A stretch of DNA of 64,000 nt from Nymphaea colorata (taxonomy: Eukaryota), in contig NC_045138.2 in NCBI RefSeq assembly GCF_008831285.2, positions 6,386,001 through 6,450,000 of the forward strand, written 5' to 3'. Positions 26,863 to 39,878 of the stretch are shown here, in pieces (within the stretch, counting starts at the first letter, position 1; each line of letters opens with the position of its first letter). The notes below the pieces were generated by a model. The model had not been told where the DNA came from. It worked only from the letters and a program-made list of their open reading frames with translations, and ran no database searches. Both the position numbers and the translations under genes were made by a program.

Positions 26863-28800
26863 CTGTTCTCTTTCATCCGTATTTTTTTCTCTTATTCATT
26901 TCTCTCTCTCTATCCCCCTCTCTCTTCTCTCTAGTTCTTCAAGGGGATAAAGAGAAATGGTGCCATAAGAAACACCTCAAATTAAACATGGGAGGAGGAC
27001 CACCTTAAAACTTTTATTTTCTTTTTGATCCCCTTTCTCTATTTATTTTCTTCTATTTCATTATTCTGTTTCTCTCTCCCTCTTTCACACACACACACAG
27101 ATTCTCTCTCTATCTCTCACACACACTTTATATATACATTGAGAGATAGAGATGTGTAAGGAATAAGAAAAGAAATAGAAAAGGTGGCCAATAAAGAGAG
27201 AAAAGGCCTTAGGGTTGTCATTTGCACAATTCATAACATGTGTCCCTATGACACCATTGCTCATTGTCTCCTTAAGCAAGGAGAGAGAAGAGGGAGAAGG
27301 TGAGAAAGGAATTAAAGAAGAAATATGAAGGAAAAAAGAATGAGAAAAATATATATAAAAAAGAAAAATAGAAGAAGGAGAACAGAAAGCATAGGACGTT
27401 CCCTTCTCTCTCAACTGTGGCCAGCAAAGGGTGATCTTATCACACAAATGTACAAGCACACAAATGTACAAGCACTAGGGGAGAGAATAGCAGAAATGCT
27501 GAGAGTCATTCTCTCTCCTTGCTGTTGCAGTTGATGATCTGGTGCTACTTTTCTCCAGTTATCCACTCCACCTCCTCCTTCTCTCTCTCTCTCACTGTGT
27601 GCCTCTCTCATTAGGAAAAAACTGGAGTTATTGGGAAGTTCCATTCAGAGAACGTGTATTTTTTTCTTTGATGAAGTTGCAATAAGCCTTAATTTCGATA
27701 TGTTTTTTGAGATGGTTGGTCCTTCAAGAAAATCTACTATTAATTAGAACAAAGTGTTTTGAACTTGGTGTTGAGTTTTCTTTTATGGAAATTATTATGA
27801 CGTCCTATCCTTGGGGATTGGGTCATGGGGCATCAGCTTCTTTTGCTTTAAAAGGAGAAACACAGATGTACAAGTTGAAACACAATAGAGCTTTGCAGTA
27901 AAATCATGTCCGATACCCTGAGAAGATGATGCTTTCAAGTATCTTGTTGGGTGACATGATAAAAGCCTCCTCCAACTCTTTGAACAAATCACAATGACGT
28001 TTCATTATGCCAGAGGCAGTTGCTTTCTTTCCATTGGTTTTGAAGTTTCAGCTAAACACAAAACCAATTTGAAAACGCTCTGGTCTGGTTAGAAAGAGAC
28101 GTTTGAGGACAAAAACATCTGCGAAATAGTTACAATACAGTTGTGGCAGTTTTGTTTTCTTTTTGGATACGTAACATTTTGGAGAGAATAATATTAGTTG
28201 CTTCCAATCGTATCATAAACACTATTTGGCTACATCTCAAAGTTTAGATCCGAAAGCAGTTAACAGAACGTCCGTTTTCCTCAATAAATTCCTGGCAAGC
28301 TCAAGCAACAAATTCCTTTGGACAAATTCATTAAAAGGGTTGTTGTGCCTAAAACTTGTATTCGTGGTCGACCCCCACTTTCCCCTTTTGCTTTCATCAC
28401 CATACAAGGTTCGCTGTATGATGAAAAGATAAACCTCTTAGGTTCAGTGCATTTTCTATCTTGTTCCGAGAAGAAAATTAACTGAGTCATGTCAGTTTTG
28501 TCCAGCCTACCTAGCAGCCTCCTAAGCTAGGAGACTTTAATTTAAGTTATATATTTTGATTCGTTGATGGTGTATATATACAAGCAGTTACATATATATC
28601 GTACGACATTCTAGAGTATATCTCCAGACTTGGTAATAGATTAATAAAGAAGAGAATCAATTGGTTACAAGATAACTTACAAGAAAAGCGTTATTAACAG
28701 GCCCCTTCTTCACTCCTTGCCATATTGAATGATATATCTCAAAATATGGATCTGGCAGACATAAATGAAGAAGAGAATGATCGATTGGTTATAGCAGTTA
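25052..28800. repeat. Duplication block homologous to ~32597-36500
   Basis: Colinear matches, e.g. ORFs 27707 vs 34859 and 28226 vs 35907. 28440-28790 is almost identical to 36140-36500. Confidence 0.9.
26470..26860. repeat. Local tandem duplication (~185 bp), each unit ending in (AT)n
   Basis: ctcgtccaaaacctttttgaaaac...ctttcttctttctgcatatata occurs twice. Single copy at ~33785 and ~59187. Confidence 0.9.
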
Positions 28801-28927
28801 GTGAAGAGAAATTACAAAAAAAACAATATCAAGCGGATCTGGCTGCAGAGATTATAAATAAAGAAGAGAACGATCTATTGGTTATAGCCGTTACTGAAGA
28901 GAAATTACAAGAAAAGCAATATCAACC
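28640..28927 (+). repeat. Degenerate ~87-bp tandem repeats (2 clear units plus 1 partial)
   Basis: ORF 28725..28991 repeats DLA..IN.EEND.LVIAV.EEKLQ.KQYQ twice. Confidence 0.75.
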
Positions 28928-29279
28928 CTATTCAATATGGAGAGAATATCTCAACACCTTCCTTTTTCTGCTAATTCGATTTTTTAGATGAATGAGGATC
29001 AGCTAAAATTTGATGTGGTAGACAGTCATATATCGGTTGAAAGAGGTGGGCACGCCCTCTGCTTTCTGTTCTCTTTCTTCTGTTTCTTTTTTCACATATT
29101 TTTTCTGCTCTCTTTCCTTCGTATTTCTTCTCTAATTCCATTCTCACCCTCTTTCTCTTCTCTCTCCAGGTAAATCAAGTCGATCACTGTACATATCGGC
29201 CTTGAGTCATCGAAGCCCATTCTTGCGATCAGATCAAGAAACTTGAATCCGGTCGACGCAACACATGCACATGCACACA

Positions 29280-32200
29280 CATGCACATGCACAAAGAGGA
29301 TCAGGGCCACCACAACAAGGGAGAGAATAGTTCCAATGCTGAGGAGTCACCCTCTCTCCTTGCTGTGTCTATTGACGAGCTGGCGCCCCCCTTCTTTAGG
29401 TATCCACCTCCACCTTCTCCTTCTCTCACTTTTTGCCTTTTTCATCAAGGAAAAACTGGGGTTATTGGGTTGTTTCATTCAAAGAACACATATTGTTTTT
29501 CTTCAATGAAGTTGCAATAAGCCTTGTTTTGATCCGTTTTTGAGATGTTTGGTCCTCCATTCTCTTTGGAAATCTAGTATTAATTAGAACAAAGTGTTTT
29601 GAGTTTTATTTTATAGAAATTATTGTGATGTCATATGCCTGGCAGTGGGTCGCTAGTTTACATATGGAACTCATGAGACATCAACTTTCTTGTGCTGCAA
29701 AAAGAGACACTGATATATAAGTTGAAACATAGTGAGACAGTTTACTAGAATCAGGTCTGCTACCCTGGGAAGATGATGCCTTCAACTATCGTGTTTGGTG
29801 GCAGGATAAAATACTCCTCCTACTCACTGAACCTCCTACTCACTGAACGTATCACTGTGATGAGTTATTATGCCCAAGGCAGTTGCTCTCTTTCCATTGG
29901 TTGATTCCATATCATGTGCACCACATCATTTTCAGCTTCCTGAAACATAAACTTAATAAGTGATACAAACTCCTACGTTGACCATCCCCACCCCTTCTTA
30001 ATTAATAGGTTCACCACTCCATGTAACAAGCAAGACAAAAGGCCTTATGTACAAGACAAATGATGGAGCGAACATTATGAAAGAACGTGTCAGGACTGCA
30101 GAACATTCTAAATGGGATGCTGATGACCTTGTAGATTTCTTTTATAGTAAAGCATGGTGTAATATGCATGAATGTTATATTATTGGTTCCCTCCCCCCCA
30201 CCTCCCGAAAGTCAAAGAGGAAAAAGGTGAAGAGTGTGTTTAGAAGGAAACAGGTGAAGGGTCAACTACTTTGATAAAATTGGAGAAGTGTAAAGTGGGG
30301 TTTTTGGTTACGTAGGCATATCTGATTATATGATATTATATGTTCTGTTCCATAGCATAGTATATGTCATATAGTTGATTTATAGATAAATATATGTAAT
30401 GTGTCTTTTAAAGAAATTCATGTAAGTGATACATAAAAAACTCATGTTGTAAGCAGGATATATACTCATATCAAATAGCAAGAAAGTACATAGCCAAAAT
30501 CACAATATATATATATATGTATATATATAAAGCAAAAGGCATGAACCATATATCAAATAAAATAAAATTATTAAGAAAACAAGTGGAAAAGTAACTTCAT
30601 CATTTGGCACACATTTGCAAGCATGTGATTCGTCGAACTTGAGATCACCCTCAACAAGCTCAGTAGGATACTAGGATTTGTTCTCCAAGAATCGAACTTA
30701 AAGAAAAAAATATCTATATGCAGAAAAGGCACTAAAAATTAACGTTTTAGGCAATAATACATGTATAAGTAAAAAAGGTCAAGCCTCGACGTAGGGATTA
30801 ACAAAGATGACACTTTAGATTCTAACCTTATTATTGACATTGGATGTTTGCAAATATTTAGCACTACCAATTGTACATTCCAAATTTCGATTATTCATAT
30901 CTATATTCTCCAAACTTATGCTTTTGCTTCATTTGAGAGAATAGAGTTGGCGGGAAGACCTCATATCCGTCGTTGTTTGAAAACATGGATGTCACAATCT
31001 TATAAAAAGGAAAGTGTAGTGGCAGGACTAGAGTAGCAAACGGTTCAAGTTTGGAAGCTGTACATATAAAGAAAAAAATCCATGCATTTAAGTATTCAAT
31101 AATAAGGATGGAAATTTTAGGTTTCATTATTAATAATGGTCCCAAATACTGACATATAAAGTAGCAAACGGTTCAAGTTTGGAAGCTGTACATATAAAGA
31201 AAAAAATCCATGCATTTAAGTATTCAATAATAAGGATGGAAATTTTAGGTTTCATTATTAATAATGGTCCCAAATACTGATGGTCCAACCTTTTGTTTAG
31301 CAAAACTAGCTATACAACAGAAGCAGTTACTCATACTTTACATGAAGATGGTTAAACATAGCTACAATATCAAAAGAGGTGTCAATATGGAGCATAACAA
31401 ACATGTGACTGAACCTATTAAGCGAGAAATGAGAGTTGGAACACGAAATGCTATATCCTTCAATTAGAATACAATTGCTAAGGACACAAGTTAGCCATTT
31501 ATGATTCCAAAACTTTATCAAGCCTTCTTCAATCCTCCATTTAACGGTATTGGCAATTCCTTTCCAGCTATTGGAGAGGCCTTTAAAGAACCATAACCAA
31601 GAGGAGTTCTTGAATATCTCATGAGACCAGAAAGTGTCATTTCAGAGGTAATACCTGCAGAGCAAGAAGAGCAATTTGACTTTGACTAATTTCACAAACA
31701 TCATTAATGTCTACCTTACCTTCCTTAATCAAATGACTCATCACATTCCAAGAAATGAGATGTCTGAATCCAGTCTGAGAAGAGGAGTCCCAAAGGAAGG
31801 AAGATATGGGAGATTAGATTTCTTTAATGACCCTCACAAGAAGACGGAATACTACTGCCCAATATTGAATAATGTAAATTATTACATGATTTATAAGGCA
31901 CAACCTGCCAAAAAACAAGACGAGCCTTCACTTCCGACTGCCATGCTGCTTGTTAACTTTGAGAATTATGCACTCACACCATTCCTCTCTCAACCGGTCA
32001 TGGAACAGTGAGACTCGAAGTTAACGAATGGAAAAACTCCTGACCAACCAATCTTGCACAGAGCTAATCCAAAGGACCATCAAATCGTCCACATGAAATG
32101 GACATACTGACTGGAGTTAATCCTAAGCCCCACGCAATTGGACAACTTCTCCAACATAGATTCCACCATTTTCAAGGGATTGACCTTTGCCAAAAAAAAT

Positions 32201-32575
32201 AGCAGCACATCACACATGAAGAAGACTATCACTGAACACTTACCCTCACAGGGGAAGGATGTGCGAAGAAAACTCTTTATCTCTAGCATATTCATAGACA
32301 AAACTAAAGAAGGCCTCTATGACAATAATAAAAAGATAAGGGGAAAATGGTCACCCAGCCTCATACCTCGTTTTAGGTTAAAAAACCTACCTGGGCTACC
32401 ATTCGCCAAAACTGCTGCCAAAGCAATAGAGACATAGGTGAAAACTCTATTTCAACATTCTTAATTAAACTCTAGATGTAATTGGGTAGATATAAGGAAC
32501 AACCAATTCACCCTGTCATAAGACTGAGAGATCAAGTTTGAGATAAACCTTTTGAGAACATTCTTCATTTTGTTC
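29280..32575. repeat. Duplication block (core repeat plus LINE) homologous to ~41680-45460
   Basis: ORF pairs 29281/41651, 31264/43435, 31676/44507. A 128-bp local tandem duplication lies at ~31033-31280. Confidence 0.9.
31270..32575 (-). mobile_element. Degenerate L1-type LINE fragment, copy 2 (truncated within RT)
   Basis: Colinear with 2105-3400 and 44123-45460. Confidence 0.88.
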
Positions 32576-34225
32576 TCCCTAGGTAACTTTTGCCCAGATT
32601 TTCAGGCAGACCCCTAAACGTGTGACTCAAATCAATAAAAACTGTTCACTTCCATTTTAAAAAGAGGAGTGACCATGTAGGAAAAGAATAAGCTTCATAG
32701 AATCAAACAACAAGACAATAAATGTCATTTTTTGTGAAGAATTAGGAAAACTTATTTACATAAAAGAATAGAAATAAAAATGTTCTATTTTTTATCAAAC
32801 GAAGCTTATAATTAATCATATTTAAATTTGATAAAAGCAACTTAAGTTCAAAGATCAAAAAGTAGTTGCACTTTACATTTAATTATCTAATTTATCTCCT
32901 GGAGGTAACATATGACATTAGCAAGGACACAATTCCGAGTATTGCAAATGGGCCAAATCTGGGTCACGAGCTATTTGAGACCACCATACATTAACCAACA
33001 TAATCAGATCTAGATCTGGTATGAAAACTATGTGAGGATTCAGATCTAATACCTCTTTAGCACTGACACGCGACCCATTTGGCTGGTCAAATGGTCACCC
33101 TCATAAAGTCTCAAAAGTAGGGATATAAACGGGTAAGACATATCAGATTATCGAACAAATACCGAATCCATTTAACTGGATGTGGTAAAAAAATTAGATC
33201 CATTCAAATTTAAATTCAAATACGGTTTGCTGTTTCACCACTAAACATAAATTCAAATAACGTACCCACCAGTATCTGATAAAGATCCTAACTACATAAT
33301 GAAGCTGGATCTTACATTAGTCGGATCTGAATTCGGTTTTCCAAAAAATCAGCTACCCAATGGCTCGGATAAATGTGATTAAATGCTCCATCTGATGTAA
33401 GTGGGAGGATTACTCCATCTAAACCCGGATGGAGAAATCCACAAGTCCATCATGAGCATGTCATTGCTTAAAGATTTCCACTGTGTTGTATACAAAGTAT
33501 GGACTTGATGTCTACCTACCTCTGAACTTCATCATGAAAGTTCCACAGTCAAAAAATTCGAGAGCAATTCTAAAAACTTTACAGCAGCAACTGAATAAAT
33601 TTTTTGATATATATTTTTCCATAGATGCTGCTATATTTTTTGAAGTAAGAAAACGTAACTTTAGTCTCTAAGCAGTGGCATGTTCAAGAGGATGGCATAA
33701 CTTTATCAGCTGCAATTCCTACTTGTTAATGTGAGAGGAAAGACCAGAGCAAGTTAAAACGAAAGGACCCACAACATTGGCATGCTCGTCCAAAACCTTT
33801 TTGAAAACTTTTTAACCTATTTGTAAAGCATTGTAAATGGGCCAATCTTATTAGCATCAATAATGACACATTCCATCTACTTCGTGGGAGGGAGAAAAGC
33901 ATCTCCTCTGCTTTCCATTCTCTTTCTTCTTTCTTCTTTCTTCATATATATATTTCCATTCTTTTTCCTTCGTATTTTTTTTCTCTTACTCATCTCTCTC
34001 TCTCTCTCTCTCTTTCTTCTATCTAGTTCTCAAGTGGATAAAGAGAAATGGTGCCATAAGAAACACCTCAAATTAAGCATGGTGAGGAGGACCACCTTAA
34101 AACCTTTTTTTTCTTTTTGATCCCCTTTCTCTATTTATTTTCTTCTATTTCATTATTCTGTTTCTCTCTCCCTCTTTCACACACACACACACACACACAC
34201 ATTCTATCTCTCTCTCTCTCTCACT

Positions 34226-34277
<52 letters not shown>

Positions 34278-37200
34278 TGAGAGATAGAAATGTGAAAGGA
34301 ATAAGAAAAGAAATAGAGAAGGTGGCCAATAAAGAGAGAAAAGGCCTTAGGGTTGTCATTTGCACCATTCATAACATGTGTCCCTATGACACCATTGCTC
34401 ATTGTCTCCTTAAGCAAGGAGAGAGAAGAGGGAGAAGGTGAGAAAGGAATTAAAGAAGAAATATGAAGGAAAAAAGAACGAGAAAAATATATATAAAAAT
34501 GAAAAATAGAAGAAAGAGAACAGAAAGCATAAGACGTTCCCTTCTCTCTCAACTGTGGCCAGCAAAGGGTGCTCTTATCACACAAATGTACAAGCACACA
34601 AAGAGGAGGAGGGCCAAAGCACCAGGGGAGAGAATAGCAGAAATGCTGAGGAGTCATTCTCTCTCCTTGCTGTTGCAGTTGATGATCTGGTGCTACTTTT
34701 CTCCAGTTATCCACTCCACCTCCTCCTTCTCTCTCTCTCTCTCTCACTGTGTGCCTCTCTCATTAGTAAAAAACTGGAGTTATTGGGAAGTTCCATTCAG
34801 AGAACGTGTATTTTTTTCTTCGATGAAGTTGCAATAAGCCTTAATTTCGACATGTTTATTGAGATGGTTGGTCCTTCAAGAAAATCTACTGTTAATTAGA
34901 ACAAAGTGTTTTGAACTTGGTGTTGAGTTTTCTTTTATGGAAATTATTATGACGTCCTATCCCTGTGGATTGGGACAAGAAGGTAGCGAGTTTCCATTTA
35001 GAACTCATGGGGCTTCAGCTACTTTTGCTTTAAAAGGAGAGACACTAATGTACAAGTTGAAGCACAATAGGGCTTTGCAGTAAAATCAGGTCGGGTACCC
35101 TGGGAACATGATGCTTTCAGCTATCTTGTTGGGTGGCAGGATAAAAACCTCCTCCAACTCACCGTGCCTTCTTAATTAGTAGGTTCACCACTCTGTGTAA
35201 CATGCAAAACAGAAGGCCTTATGCATAACACAAATCATGGAGCAAAATTTATGAAAGAAGGTATCAGGATTGCAGAAAATTTTAAATGGGATGCTGATAA
35301 CCTTACAGGTTTCATTTCTAGTAGAGCATGGTGTAATGTGCATGGATGTTGTCTGATTGGCATACATTCACAAGCCTGTGATTCATAGAACTTGAGATCA
35401 TTCAGCAAGCTTAGTAGGATACTATGATTTGTCCTCCAACAATCAAATTTAAAGAAAAAAATATTTATAAGCAGGAAAGGCACTAAAAATTAACAAAGAT
35501 GTCACTTTTAGATTCTAATATTGTTATTCACATTGGATGTTGCCTAACATTTAACAATACCAACTGCACATTCCAAAGTTTGGTTATTTATATCTAAGTT
35601 TTACAAACTTATGCTTTTGCTCTATCTGAGAGAATAGGGTTGGTAGGAATACCTCATATCTACCGTCATTTTAGAACTTGGATGTCATAAACTTATGTAA
35701 TGGAAAATATAGTAATTGCCTTAGACATTGTAATTGTTTATGATGTCAAAGTAATTTCCATAAAAAAAACAAAACCAATTCGAAAACGCTCTGGTCTGGT
35801 TAGAAAGAGACATTTGAGGACAAAAACATCTGCGAAATAGTTACAATACAGTTGTGGCAGTTTTGTTTTTTTTGGATACGTAACATTTTGGAAAGAATAA
35901 TATTGGTTGCACGTCCAATCGTATCATAAAAACTATTTGGCTACATCTCAAAGTTTAGATCCGAAAGCAGTTAACAGAACGTTCGTTTTCCTCAATAAAT
36001 TCCTTGCTCGCTCAAGCCACAAATTCCTTTCGACAAATTCATTAGAAGGATTGTTGTGCCTAAAACTTGTATTCGTGGTCGACCCCCCTTTCTCCTTTTG
36101 CTTTCGTCACCATACAAGGTTCGCTGTATGATGAAAAGATGAACCTCTTAGGTTCAGTGCATTTTCTATCTTGTTCCGAGAAGAAAATTAACTGAGTCAT
36201 GTCAGTTTTGTCCAGCCTACCTAGCAGCCTCCTAAGCTAGGAGACTTTAATTTAAGTTATATATTTTGATTCATTGATGGTGAATATATACAAGCAGTTA
36301 CATATATATCGTACGACATTCTAGAGTATATCTCCAGACTTGGTAATAGATTAATAAAGAAGAGAATCAATTGGTTACAAGATAACTTACAAGAAAAGCG
36401 TTATTAACAGGCCCCTTCTTCACTCCTTGCCATATTGAATGATATATCTCAAAATATGGATCTGGCAGACATAAATGAAGAAGAGAATGATCCATTGGTT
36501 ATCAACAGGACTTAAAGATATAGAAATCAATTATGAGTATGAAGAACTTATTAAGAAAATTGATGAGCTAAAAGTTAAAACATCTTAACCAACCACGTCA
36601 AAATTAAGTAATAAATATTTGTTCATCAAAAGAAGATATGAAAATCTAAAAGATAAAAATAAAATTATTTGTCCAAAATAGTTAAGAATAAAACTCGACA
36701 AAACTATAGGAAATCACATGTATAAAGCAATAATCTGACTTTTACTGAAGTATTTATGAAGGAAAAAGATTATGGTTATCCTCCAGGACAACCATATTAT
36801 GAAATGAAAGATAGGTTTTAGATAAACATTTAAAAAAAAGAATTGATCAGAAAAAAGTAGGTGAAAATAATACAAAACTTCAGAATCAAGAATTAAACTC
36901 AAGTTTTATTCAATGAGTTTATTTATTTTATTGATTAATAAATCAATGCAACATTTTTTATAATTTCACAAAAAACAACTATTTAACAAGTAAATAAAAA
37001 TAAGTAAAAAATTAAAAAGTGGTCTATTATAACTATTTAATTAAAACTATCTTATGTAATCAATGTGTGCATTTTTATTAATTAACATTCAGTAAGTAAA
37101 TAAAACATAACACAATAAAGATTTTTAAGAGATGATGGGCTTAGATTAGGGTTGAGGACAACTAGATGGATGAAACAATTTAAAACATCAACTTATTTTC

Positions 37201-37359
37201 GTCCTTCAAGGCTGGAGATTTTGCCGTTTTTTTAGGGTTGCACAATGAGTCGAGCCAACTCGTACTCGATTCGAACTTCCTCGAAAAATCTCGGCTCGAA
37301 GCTCGAACTTACAAAGATACTCGAAACAATAAACAAGATGGTTAAGTCTATTTGAATAG

Positions 37360-38229
37360 CGGAGGATTCTCAACTCTCCATCCATTCACTACCCATGGAG
37401 CACTCCTGAGGCACATTCATAAAAAAATCTGGAAATGAGGAAAATGGGTTTCTTCTCAACCTGTTAGCTTTTTGGATATTCTGTTACTAAAGAAGGCGCT
37501 GATATAATAAAATTTGTTAGGGTTCATGTAGATGTGGCCTGATCTGATACAGAAAGCCAAGGAATGAGGCTTGGATGTTATCCAAACTTATGTTTCTGGA
37601 ACGGCCATGAGCCCTCTCCTGGGAAGGTAACATTTCGTTTCCTTCTACTTCCAGATTCTCTTTTAGTGGTACTTGTTCTTTTCTTTTCTTGTTTTTTGGT
37701 GGATAGGTTCATAATGTTGTCCTATATATTTCTGTCATTTGCAGTGTTATTTTGTGGGCAGATATTCGGTTCAAAGCTGGTTCATCAAGCCGGCCTCTAT
37801 GTTCACTTGTGGATTGGTCCTTATATTTGTGCTGAATGGAATTTTGGGTCAGTCTTGATTTTATCTGCAAATTAGAATGTTCACATTCCGTTGCTTGGAT
37901 TTGGATTTAATGATTTGTGCATTAACTTCGTTTTGATATTACAGAGGATTACCGGTTTGGTTGAGGTATGTACATGGTATCAGCTTTAGAACTGACAATG
38001 ATTCTTTTAAGGTATTTTTTTGCTTTGTTGCCTCTAGCTGTTTAAGAATTTTCTGCTGGCGACATGTTTAGATCTAGTGAAATGAAAAAGTGGGCCGTGA
38101 TGAGTTTCTGTTTCATTTTTTTTTTGAATTATGAAGGCTGCAAGGAAGGGATTCACTCAAAAGATTGTTGAGATGATGAAAGCTGAAGGGCTGTTCGAGA
38201 CTCAAGGAGGACCAATCATCTTTTCACAA
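37360..38229 (+). pseudogene. BGAL: Beta-galactosidase (glycoside hydrolase family 35) 5' fragment, exons 1-5 with introns
   Basis: Exons 37360-37410 RRILNSPSIHYPWSTPE; 37532-37626 [30 protein letters not shown] (stop and frameshift); 37745-37847 ..[25 protein letters not shown]; 37945-38011 GLPVWLRYVHGISFRTDNDSFK; 38137-38229 [31 protein letters not shown]. Borders are AG/GT except a GC at the first donor. Confidence 0.95.
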
Positions 38230-38534
38230 GTATGGAAGCATTTCGTTTTGAGGATGAACTGACTATTAGCTGGAAATCTTCTTTTCCATTTTGTAGATTG
38301 CTGGAAATCGCTTCATACTTTGTTTTTAGTAGCTGGGAGAGAATTTTCCTGGTGTGTGCTTGAGAGAGAGATAGTTTTTGAAGTGTTCCGGAGATCTGAT
38401 AATCATGATCGACCTAGTTCTGTTGTGGCATATATGATTTTGTTGGATGGGAGAGAAATTTCGTTACTGTTAATCAGCTGCTTGTATTTGTTTATGGAAT
38501 TTTCTCTTGCATGTTGGTTGCTAAAGCAGGTTAG

Positions 38535-39526
38535 ATTAAAAGAATAAAAAAAAAAGTGATGGGTGTTTTTGTCATCTAATATTAGCTCACACGTTTTCTC
38601 ATTGTTTTTTTTCAACAGTCTAAAAGTGAATGATGAATGGCCCTGAATAGCATTCATTCACTCACTATATATGTGTATATATTTCTGTATTTGATGTTGT
38701 GGCACATTGTGTGGCGGACAGAAGCTACAGTAAGTGAATTTTGTTTTATTTATGCACATGTAACATCTCTCTCTCTCCCTCCCTCTCTCACGTGTGTGGT
38801 TTTTCTTTTTGTTTCTTTTTTTTTCTCTTTTTGTTCTTGAGAGATAGCTAACTAACCAGATATTTTTTTTTCCATATATAACTTAATGTATAATTTCATT
38901 TAAAAATTTTAAAGCCATAATTTGAAGAGCGGTTTGAAACCGTCAGCCTTTATAGAAATTTCCTTTTTCCCCCTATAAACCAACAAACGTTGGTTAAGTG
39001 TAACGCTCAGTTGCCGTGTTGCATAACATTTCCAGGAGAAACCAGTAACCTCTTTAAAAGGTGTTTAAACACCCTTTTTATCTTTTTCATGCTATGGCCA
39101 GTTGCACCTTTTGATTTATTTGTTATCTTCAATTTCAAATACCTCGGCTATCGTCTTTTGCAAGTTCATATAAAAATTTCAATGAGCACTGTTACGAATT
39201 CAATAAGGGAAAAAGTAAGGGTCGTCTTGGGTATTCGATTAGTTTTAGGACCTAGTTTCCTTTTATGTCCATACCATCCTTTTTTCCACGAAAAGTGTTG
39301 GAAACTTTGATGGTGTTTCTCCCTCGAACATTTTCGAGGGAGAAACACCATCAAAGTTTCCAACACTTTTCGTGGAAAAAAAGATGGTTACACTTAACCA
39401 ACATTTGTTCGTTTATAGGGGCAAAAAGGAAATGAAATTATACATTAAGTTATATATGAAAAAAAAATATCTGGTTACTTTGCTATCTCTCAAGAACAAA
39501 AAAGAAACAAAAAGAAAAACCACACA

Positions 39527-39562
<36 letters not shown>

Positions 39563-39801
39563 CGAGAGAGAGGGATGTTACATGTGTATAAATAAAATTA
39601 AATTCACTTACTATAGCTTCTGTCCGCCACACAATGTGCCACAACATCAAATGCAGATATATATACACATATATAGTGAGTAACTATTCAGGGCCATTCA
39701 TCATTCACTTTTAGACTGTTGAAAATAAAAATAATGAGAAAAGATGTGGACTAATATTAGATGACAAAAACACCCATCACTTTTTTTTTTATTCTTTTAA
39801 T
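38535..39801. repeat. Large nested inverted repeat (outer arms ~370-420 bp; inner hairpin with 56-bp arms)
   Basis: 38535-38900 pairs with 39430-39801, 38958-39004 pairs with 39388-39434, and 39273-39328 pairs with 39333-39388. Confidence 0.95.
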
Positions 39802-39831
39802 ATCGATCAAACCATTCACGATAAATCAGAA

Positions 39832-39878
<47 letters not shown>

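Larger units (their letters stand above)
18757..27450. repeat. Older segmental duplication block C, homologous to ~52460-59970
   Basis: Colinear, visibly more diverged matches (ORFs 21592 vs 54249, 23270 vs 56019). ~20075-21202 and 24585-25051 are absent from the second copy. Confidence 0.9.
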
